DNA of 60,758 nt, taken from positions 1 through 60,758 of the forward strand of contig MCFE01000538.1 of assembly GCA_002104905.1 (NCBI GenBank), written 5' to 3'. Positions 48,400 to 58,292 of the stretch are shown piece after piece. The notes below the pieces were generated by a model, which searched no databases, was not told the DNA's origin, and saw nothing but the letters and a program-made list of their open reading frames with translations. Positions within the stretch are counted from its first letter, which is position 1. Every line of letters begins with the position of its first letter. This DNA is from Basidiobolus meristosporus CBS 931.73. Its lineage: Eukaryota; Fungi; Basidiobolomycota. The position numbers and the translations under genes are program-made.

Positions 48400-51300
48400 T
48401 GCTACACCATGTGGTCATCGGTTGTACTGGTGACATATCACTATTCTTGAGGTGCATATTTCCACTCCTAGCCACTAAAGTTGGCAGGGTTGTGAGCGAG
48501 ATTGGTTGCTATTAATACCGCCCACCCTTGATATGATAGGAATGAGCCTGGACGCCAACTAATTTCATTCGCAAAATACTGAATTTCTGGCCGCCGTTTT
48601 GTGTAAACTATGATCAGACCTCGGGATTCTTTAGGGAATTCCTCCGCATCCACTGAAGTGCAAGTCCGATGTGAATGTGTTACCTCAAACAGTGCCAAGG
48701 CACTGTCGTCTTACATGGTTTTGGGGCGGTGGTTGGAGGTATTTAAGAGATTCAGTGCTCCCATTTGGCAAAATTATCAAGACTCACTGCCCTTATGTGT
48801 TAATTGATAGTCATTGATTGCTATTCCAATGTTTAGCTGTATGTATAGTACTTGGAAAATATTCATTCAAGTCCAGCTTCTAATGTGCGTGCTTATGTCG
48901 CAGCTGTTTGGTTGTAAATTGATGGAAAAATGGAGATGTCAGTGATCTAATACCTCCCCAAGTTTCTCACAAACTTCATTCATCACATTGATTTGGAATT
49001 GGCAGAACTGTCAAACATTGCATTATTTGGTGGAATATGCACATATGGCCTCTTAACTCACATCCACTTAGTTGGATGTTGGGAAATACTACAATATTTT
49101 TGCATGGCATTCAATTTGTCTCAATATGGTCTACATATATATAAGTGAACCAAACCAGCCAATAGATGCAGTTGCCTTATATGGCAGAAGCATGACAGTG
49201 TTGCAACTGCCTCTAAGTGGACCACTGTTGGTAGCATTGGGTTACATGGTGGCCTATAGCTAGTCATGTATACTGCTATTATACCAATTTACCAAATGGT
49301 ATATCATTTTTCTATCTCCCCTTGTGTCATTCATATATTCTACTGTAGACTCATGACTCTTTAGTTGCTTACCTACTACTACCATGGGTATTCCACCTAT
49401 AGCTGGAATCAAAAAAAACTATGGCCTCCTGCTTACTAAGCCCTACATTTGCACATACCTGCTGCAATTGACACACTTCTATCACCACAACTTCACAGCT
49501 TTTCAGTGTGATACTAGCAAAGTTGTCATATACCTGTATTACCAGTAGAATATGCATCTTGCATACATATGCTGGGTTACCACCATGTTTGTCATGTATA
49601 CCTCCTGAATATGTGCAAAATACTTTTGGTACTTGACTATTATATTATTTCCCCTGGTTGGATTCCAGTCCGCTACAAAAAAAAAATGATCCCATCAATA
49701 GGCTGTCCCAAAATTTAAATCCTGTGGCTAAGGGGTATTAAGACTGTTAGGACACCATGCAAAAACTGTTAAGAACAAACTGCACCTTTGATTTCACAAA
49801 AACTTAGTTAAAATTTTTCATCAACAATACATGAGTGGCTTCTGATTGGCTCTACCATTTTTGTCACTTTCTAATCCCAGACACTCAATCAACTCCTTAA
49901 CTTGTGTACATTGATTGGCTCTTGCCTCTTTCTTACATCCCTTACTTCCTAACTCAACCAATGCTCTTACTTTTGATGTATACAAATTGGTTTATTTCCT
50001 TTGAATCTTTAATGCAACTCAATTGCCAATTGTTCTGACCTATACAAGACCTATACCTAACACCAACATTAAACCCAATCACACACTTTACAAGTAACTC
50101 CATTGAAATTCACCATTCCATTAGTATTTCTGCTGTTATGGCCTTTTTCTATAAGTATTTCTGCTGTAATGCTTTGGTTCCATAACTTTGGTAGGAACCC
50201 AATAGCTTTATGCCACTGTTCATTCACTGGTTTGCATATGTCCTGGTCTTCAGCCAGCACTGCAAGGTCTAGCACCTCATCTGCCAGTCTTTGCAATAAA
50301 TTCTTGCAATATTCAAGTGCATGTTCTTGATCACTGCTATTGAAGAAGTGCTGCAACCTCTTGGTGTGCCTATTAATGTTCCAAAATTCCACTGAAGGCA
50401 TTGTTATAGTCTTTTGAGTTCTTGACATTGTAGCCTTGTCTGTCAGTGGGATCTCCACTTTGTCAACAATGGAGGACATGGAGGCTGTGGTAAACAAATT
50501 ACCTTTCTCTGAAAACTTATCTACTTTGCTGGAGTGTAGCTCAACTGCCAGCACTTCCAGCTCTTGTGAATACAGCTGTTTTCTAGTTGGTAATTCTTCT
50601 TGGCTATGATAGGATTCAGACTGTTTTGGGCATGCAGTGTAGACATTTTTCCCTTTACCTTTATCTATGCCAAGTCTTTTACTGTCACTCTGACTGAGTG
50701 CTTCTTGTATTTTACTATATTTTCTCCTTGATAAATGGTGCATTGATGCATCTATTTTGCCTGCTTGTCACTTGATGGCACTCTCCTGGGAACATTATGA
50801 TTCTTTGCCACTTGTTTAGAACTTTCAGCCCTGATTGTGGCAGGCTCCTAAGAAAGCTGCAGGCTTTTAACACTATCAGGTCCTTCACTGCAACTGCAAC
50901 TGGGTGTGTTTGTATTGAATTACATTTTCTCCTTGATGAATGCTGCAATGATGCATCAGTTTCTACCTGTTTGTCCCTTACCAGCACTCTCCAGGCAACC
51001 TGATGTCTATTTGCCACTTGCTTTGAGCTTTTAGCCCTGCTTGTGACAGGCTCCTGAAAAAGCTGCAAGCTGTTATCACTGCCATGTCCTTTACTACTAC
51101 TTTGATTGAGTCCTTCTTGTATTGAACTACATTTTTTCCTTGATGAAAGCTGCACTGATGTGTATGTTTCTGCTTGCTTGTCCATAACTGGCACTCTTCA
51201 GCTTACCTGCTGCTTCTTAGCCACTAGTTTGGAGCTTTCAGCTCTGCTGGTGACAAGCCCTTGAGGAAGCCACTGGTTTTTAGCCATTGCACCCTTGTTT

Positions 51301-52938
51301 TTTGCCTACAATAGTTTCTGCTATTCTTAAGATACTTTCTTAGTGTACCAATGCTGGACCAAAATCTACTTGCTTGCTTGAATCCAGGATAATGCTCATG
51401 AGACAGATCAAGCACATTCTGCATGGCCTTGAGTCCTGGATAGTCCAATGGTATTCTGGCATTGAGGTGATGCCATGCTAGACTTCTAGCAGACTCTTTA
51501 TTATTAGCCCACTCTTCATCATTGAACTCAATGGCTTCATAGATCTTCAATATCTTTGGATTTTTTGGCTTAGGATTAGCACCATAGTCACTCCCTCCTG
51601 TGCTGTAATAGGCTCTTCTGAGGGCTTTATCTTTAGGTACTGTTGTTGTGCTTCACAGACTGTACTGTGCTCCTCTGCTGTAACATTAAGAAATGCCTCA
51701 ATTCTTGGCTGTGACATTGAGACACTGGAGTTCCTTCTTTGCAACCTAGATACTGTTGTAAGAGTCTTGGAGATATTGGAAGTGATTTGGAGAACAAGTA
51801 GATTATGTGGTTTTCACTTAATGATTTGTTGAATGTAAAAGTAGTATTTATACTTTTACCTGGTCTTGGCATTACAAACACGTAGAATAGGTTAAGGAAG
51901 GTCCCAAGAACATGTGTGCAAAGTTTGGGGCTGTTTGGACAACTTAGAGAATTTTCATGTTCTGGGTACCTGGTATTTTGGTGAAAATATTCTAAGTAAA
52001 TCCCGACAAGGAATTTGGTCAGTATTCTCTAGGATTTGAAGGTGATGATCTAAGTGACTAAGTTAGGTGAATATTTAGGTGGAAATACAAATTTTTACAA
52101 CAGATACTGCATTCTCTACCTGGGATACTTATGGAGCTGGATATATCATCTGCTTATCCTGTGTCAAACTATTCCCTAATTTCTCTGTGCCATCATATCT
52201 GTTGTATCAGCCACTGCACCTAATTGCCTCAATGATGCTTTGGTATAGGCTGATAAAATACCTGCTGATACTGGCAGTGGTGATATTACAACAGCCATTT
52301 GCCGGTCTTCACCCAAAGATACTGCTGTTGCTATATTCACATCTGCCTGAGTAATATGATCAGCATGAAGCTCAGCAGAGAATCATGATTGCTTACATGC
52401 CTGAGTTCCTAAGGAGTCTACATTATTACCCTCAGTGGGCATATTGCCAACATGACCTTTGTTGGATGTAGCCCTGCTTTTTGTACTGAACATCAGAGCA
52501 AGCTGTTGTTCAGCTGTATCTCTGCTATTGTTTGTGGTGGGATTTAGTTGGTAACCAGGCAACTTTGCTTTGTAGTTAGGTGGCATATATATGTAGTCAA
52601 GTCAAATATTTTTTGGTGGCATATTTATGGAAGTGAGTCAAACCAAAGGGGAAATAGTGTTATATATCCATGTGTATGTGGTGCCACAACTTTACTTGTA
52701 ATGCTTACTACAGTAGGTCATCCTTGAATCTTACATTCATGTAGGTTCAATGACTCAAATACAAGAATGTCTTAAAATCCCATGAGTCATGACAAAAAAG
52801 CAGTATAAAAGCAATACATTATTGAGTATCAAGCTGTTTGCCCCATAGACAAGACTTCTTTGATTCAACACTATGAGAGAAAGGAAAAATGACTATGTGA
52901 CTATTGTAGCAAGCCTCTCAGCCATGAAGCATGCAGAT
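48400..52938 (-). pseudogene. Decayed repeat-associated ORF, copy A (unknown product)
   Basis: Minus-strand fragments from MPPNYKAK (52586) through 51224-51550, 50715-51194 and 50069-50743, with stops and frameshifts; paralogous to copy B; CpG-depleted. Extension below ~49,900 is uncertain. Confidence 0.55.
50690..51260. repeat. About three diverged tandem copies of a ~206-bp unit inside copy A
   Basis: Anchor (c/t)tccttgat at 50724, 50929 and 51136 with similar flanks (gaattacatttt / gaactacatttt; ...ggcactct). Confidence 0.7.
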
Positions 52939-52940
52939 GG

Positions 52941-53379
52941 GGTAGTGGGTCACAGTGACCTACTGACAGATGTACCCATTCCCATTTTTTCTACTTCATC
53001 ATTTCTCTGCTACCCTTGTTTTAGTTTTGTCCCATTTGTATTATCTGATCAGCACTATCCCATAAGCTGGCTAACTATGATGCCTGCACATTTATTGCAT
53101 AATTTATCACTCACTTTATGTCAGATTACCAGATGTGAGTACGTCTATATTAGGCAAGTACTTGCACCAGGACCTGTTACACATGATCAAACTTTGTCAC
53201 CATCCCTACCACTTTTTATTCCATATACAGTATCCCTATGTCATACAGGTCTCAGAATACTGATCCCTGATTGGTTGGATGTGCTGTGCCTCTTCAAACC
53301 TTGCAGCATCTACCTAGAACATCTTAGCCCATTCTGATGTCAATACAATTTCTATTGATCTCTGGAACCTTCTGGAACA
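52941..53379 (+). mobile_element. Diverged 5' fragment of the same LTR family as 57081-58152
   Basis: Collinear with 57081-57525 (e.g. gattggttggatgtgctgtgcctctt and ctatattaggcaagta are identical). Confidence 0.9.
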
Positions 53380-53380
53380 T

Positions 53381-55390
53381 ATTGTCTCTTTTTCACACTC
53401 CTTACTTCCTGACTCAACCATTTCTCTTACTTTTCATGTGCACAAATTGATTTATTTCCATTGAAACTTTTGTTGTACCTCAATTGCCAATTGTATTGAC
53501 CTATACAGGTCCCTATCCCCAACACTAACATTAAGCCCAACCCCACACTTAACAGGTAATTCCATTAAAACCCACCACTTAATAAGTATTTCTGCTGTAA
53601 TGCTTTGGCTCCACAACTTTGGCAGGAACCCAATGGCTTTATGCCACTGTTTACTCACTAGTTTGCATATGTCCTGGTCTTCAGCCAGCACTGCAAGGTC
53701 TAGCACCTCATCTGCCAGTCTTTGCAATAAATCCTTGCAATATTCAAGTGTGTTTTCTTGAGCACTGCTCTTGAAGAAGTGCTGCAACCACTTGGTATAC
53801 CTATTAATGCTCCAAAATTCCACTGAAGGCGTTTTTATAGTCTTTTGAGCTCTTGACATTGAAGCCTTGTCTATCAGTGGGATCTCCACTCTGTCAACAA
53901 TGGAGGATGTGGAGGCTGTGGTGGACAAATTGCCTTTTTCTGCAAACTCATCTACCTTGCCTGAGTGTAGCTCAACTGGCTATGCTTTCAACTCTTGTGA
54001 AAACAGCTGTTTTACTGTTGGCAATTCTTCTGGGCTATGATGGGATTCAGTCTGTTTGAGGCTTGCGGTGTCAATTGGCAACAACTGCAGTTTTTTTGCA
54101 TGCCTCTCTGTCTCAGGCTTGGGTAGACATTTTTCCTGATTTTCCATGCATTATGATTAAATCTCCATCAATTGCCATGTATCCCATCATTATGTTGCAA
54201 AAATCATCCTCAAACAATAACTGGGTATTTTTATTGATGTTTTACTCACTAGTCTATAATGATATAGGAAATCTGCAATTGATGTGATCTGATCCATGTC
54301 AATGCAATCCCAGATGCATCATGCATCATATATGGAAGATTCAACAATCACATTAGTTTACATATATATTTCATATAAGACAAGGTTGATGCCAATACAC
54401 TATTGTATAAGTATCCAAATCCGTCACTATATATGCAATCATTTGTGCCAACCTCATCATGTCAGATTGTGCCATAGTGTGCAAGATTGTCCCACATGGT
54501 GCAAAATTGCTCAAGAGCAATCCTGCCTACTGGTAGCTACAATCTTGTGCCCAATTGTTCTTAAATACTGCAGATTGGGCCATGCACCCTGGCAAGGTAC
54601 AATGGAATAAGTCTATTGATTGCTCTACACATATTAGCTGCTCATCCTGTTTCTGGACGATTTCCTGATTTCTCTGGGCCATTGCATCTATCCTATAAGC
54701 CACTGCACCTTATTGCTTCATTAGTACTTTTGTATGAGCTGACAAAATACTTGCTAATATGGGTGGCGGTGATGTTACAATGGCTATTTGCTGATCTTCA
54801 ATCAAGGGTACTGTGTTTGTTACCTTCTCTTCTGCCAGAGCATAACAGTTAGCTTGTGGCACCACAGAGGCTCTCAATTGCCTACTTGACTGCAAGCCTA
54901 AGGAGTCTACATTATTACCTTCAGTGGGCACACTGTTAACATGGCCTTTGTTGGATGTAGCCCTGCTTGTTTCACTGAACGTCAAAACAAGCTGTTGTTC
55001 AGCCATTCTTCTGCTGCCATTAGCAGTAGGGTTTGGTTGGGAACAAGACAACTTTGTTTTATTTTTTGGTGGCATATATATGGAAGTGAGTCAAACCAAA
55101 GGGGAAATAGTATTACATATACTTGTATATGTGGTGCCACAACTTTATTTATAATGCTTACTGTGGTGGGTCATCATTGAATCTTACATTCATGTAGGTG
55201 CAATGTCTCAAATACTAGACAGTCTTAAATTCACATAAATATTGACCAAAAAGTGATAAAATAGAGTTATGTTGCTGAAGGTCATACTGTTTGCCCCATG
55301 GACAAGACTACTTGGACTCAATGCCGTAAGAGAAGAGAAAAAAGACCATGTGGCTATTAAAGCAAGCTGCTCAGCCATGAAGCATGCAGA
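53381..55390 (-). pseudogene. Decayed repeat-associated ORF, copy B
   Basis: 53381-54050 aligns to ~49920-50610 and ~54625-55390 to ~52135-52938; start MPPKNKTK at 55075; shared peptide LLQRLADEVLDLAVLAEDQDICK. Confidence 0.7.
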
Positions 55391-55599
55391 CAGAGTAGGA
55401 AGTATTACAAGGATTACAGCCAGTGTTTTGCCATGCAAGTCATATTTGACCCTTCATCTGTCACTGCTGTACCAATTTTACCTTGCCAGCCAGTTGATTC
55501 TTCTATATTGGCACCTGGCCATCTTTGTCACCTTGTGCAAACTGAGTCAGGTGAGTTTGTGACATCTTTAGGCTCACCTCAGCCTTATGAATATGGCAT

Positions 55600-56575
55600 G
55601 CAGAGTGATAGCTCTGACAAAGAAGGTTCACTGATGGATTGTGAGCCTATCCCCCTAATAACAATACAATGCATGAGCCCAGTCAAATGTCAATATGCAA
55701 TGAGACAACACCTGTTGAAACAAATGCCAAGGATACTTTATGGAGCTAAGTGAGCCCAGTAATCCATCCACTGGTGAATGATGTAATGTTGTGGCTAGAG
55801 AAGTGGTGCATCTCCACTAATATCAGTAATGGGGGCTTTGAGGATTTGCTACTACTTCTTGCCAAAATCATTCCGGGATGCAACTTACCATTTACATGGT
55901 ACAAGTGGACTACTGAAATGCGGCTGGCAACATATGATCTAGAGACTGTCCTGATTCCAGCATGTGTTAACAGTTACATGGCATTCATAGCCAAAAATGC
56001 TACCATTGCAATGTGTTCAAATTGTCAGGAATCCACCACCATTGAGGGATAACATTGTTCACACTCCAGATATATTCTGGTAATACCCCATCTGAGGAAG
56101 CTAATGCAGTCCAACAAATATTGCAAAGCTATACAGTACCACACTCAGTATCAATTAAGCGCAAACATACCCAATATATTAGATGGCAAACATTGCTAAC
56201 AGCTAAGAAGCAAGGGATACTTTGGAGGTATGTGTGACCATGCCTTTGCCTTAGTACTTGATGGAGTCTCATCAGACAAGCACTCTACCAGTAAATCTTG
56301 CTGGCCACTGATTCTCATTGATCCGGATCTGCCACCCATCTTACGGTATCAGATCAATAATCTGATGGTAGTATCACTGGTATCTGGGCTAAATCACCAT
56401 CAAACCTGGATAGCTACCTATATCCATTGCTGGATGAATTTTGTATGCTTTCCAGCGGGATAAGAGTAAATGGCCATCATATAAAGGTGCATATTATTAT
56501 TGCAATGATCACATGACATCCCTGGTCTCCAATTATCTAGCCAAATCAAATCAGTGAAGAAATCCCAGTTCTGTC
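55600..56575 (+). mobile_element. Degenerate, 3'-truncated CACTA/En-Spm (Transposase_21/tnp2-like) transposase
   Basis: Fragments IPACVNSYMAF...MCSNCQE, ALVLDGV...SCWPLILIDPDLPP..RYQ..NLMVVSLVSG, then (shifted frame) PNLDSYLYPLLDE...DIPG follow the CACTA transposase order; stops and frameshifts present. Confidence 0.75.
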
Positions 56576-57080
56576 TAGAAAGTTCTACTACATTCTAGCA
56601 GCTTCTTAAAAGCTCCAAGTCAATGTTACACAATGGAACATTCTATGGAAGCTTCCCATTAGAGCTTATATATTCCTATGCCATATATAGTACCACATAT
56701 CACATGACCTAGTCACATGATCAGCTGACCCCTGACATATCTCCATGTGATACTCCAGTCTGTTCTTTAGTATATCCTATCTTGGCACACTTACTGTGCC
56801 TCACCCCAGTACCCCATCAGTATTAGCCAATATCTCTTGTCATCCATATTGCCAAAAAGTATATATAGTCCTATCCCCCCTTATGTATTCCTCAGTCTGA
56901 TAAACACAGGTCTTGAATAAACAGCCTTGCCTTGGAAACATGCCTTGCCTTGTTGATCCACACCTAAGTCCTTTCCTGGTCCTGCCTTGCCTAGCCCTAC
57001 TCTCCTGCCTTGTGTCTATTCCTAACAATTATCTGCATTGGAGATACCCCACCCATTAGCAAGATAGCAGGTTTTTCCGG
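56576..57080. repeat. Possible remnant of another LTR interrupting the transposase
   Basis: Abrupt end of transposase similarity; short internal repeats (gccttgcct x3 plus one variant, cacatga x2); TATA-like run; CpG-free. Confidence 0.35.
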
Positions 57081-58152
57081 TGTAGTGGGGTGACAGTGAC
57101 ACCCACTGACAGATGTGCTCATTCCCTTATTTTCTACTTCCCTATATCCCTACTACACTCATTTTAGTTTTATCCCATTTGTCTTACCCAATCAGTACTA
57201 TCCCATAAGCCGGTTGACTATCACACCTGCTTACCTTATTGCATAAGTTACCCCTCACTTTATGTAAGATTACTAGTTACAAGTGCTTCTATATTAGGCA
57301 AGTACCCGCGCCAGTACCCGTGACACATGATCAACCCGTGTCACCATCCCTACCATTTCCATACCATATATGGTATCCCCATGTTACACAGGTTTCAGAA
57401 TACTGATTCCTGATTGGTTGGATGTGCTGTGCCTCTTAGAACCTTCCGGCACCTACTTAGAACATTCTTAGGTCATTCTGATGTCATTAAGATTTCTATT
57501 GAACTCCGGAACCTTCTGGAACACCATGATTAGTAATCACTTAGCCAGTGAAGAAAAGTATATAAGGGAGGCTATCCCTCAACAATAAATCATCATCCCT
57601 TTTATCAATATACCAACTTGTTGATTAGTGTGATCACTGCTACCTGCTGCTACCTGAACTTCCAACCCCAGACCACAGGACACTCCCAGGAAACCGCGCT
57701 GACAGCCAACTGACCTTGGAGGCACTACTTGTGAGGAATACTCAGAGTAGGTATCTTTTATTATATTTGATTCTTTCCCAAGTTTGTTCTTGTACAGGCA
57801 AAGATACTTTTCTGTCTTTGTAACTATTGACCAAAGCTGCATTCTTATCAAGTCCCTGCTGGTGGAGTTTACAGTTGTTTTGACTTTGGAAGCTTTAGTA
57901 CATTGTCATCTCAAAGGACGCTGAACCCAGCACATACTTTTGTTAAGATGCCAACTAAGTTGGGGATTGTAGCTCAATAGTTTTCCCTTGACAAGCTTGT
58001 GGCTTTATTCCCCTTCACATTAGATTAGAGACAGAACCCAAGTATTCCTAGCAAGCTTTTGCCAGAGGTTATCGCACCCAGTGAACACCCCACACACAAA
58101 ACACTTGAGAAGTGTTGGACGTATCTCTCCCTTGGACTTATACACCACCACA
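57081..58152 (+). mobile_element. 5' LTR (~1072 bp) of a Ty3/gypsy retrotransposon
   Basis: Starts TGTAGTGG and ends CCACCACA (imperfect terminal inverted repeat, TG...CA); TATATAA at 57559; AATAAA at 57584; followed closely by a PBS and gag. Confidence 0.85.
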
Positions 58153-58156
58153 AAAT

Positions 58157-58174
58157 TGGCACCCAACGTGGGGG
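58157..58174 (+). promoter_or_regulatory. Primer-binding site of tRNA-Lys(CUU) type
   Basis: TGGCACCCAACGTGGGGG, 4 nt after the LTR end; 16/18 match to the well-known Lys1,2 PBS TGGCGCCCAACGTGGGGC. Confidence 0.8.
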
Positions 58175-58292
58175 GTTCATACAAGCTCCCTAGGACCCAA
58201 CAAGATTTACCTGAAGATTTGAGCTGTTATCCACCTATTGAAAAGAGACTACCGATATTACAAAGATTACAACACCAACCTACCTGCCCAAC

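Noticed and set aside
48600-48900. Ulp1-protease-like hints in decayed copy A (HW...PPPQ...C)
   Set aside because: The Gln-Cys spacing and the DCG context do not match; too degraded to call.
49671-49686. CGCTACAAAAAAAAAA resembling a plant CACTA terminal inverted repeat
   Set aside because: No partner repeat in the window, and the decayed minus-strand frame seems to continue across it.
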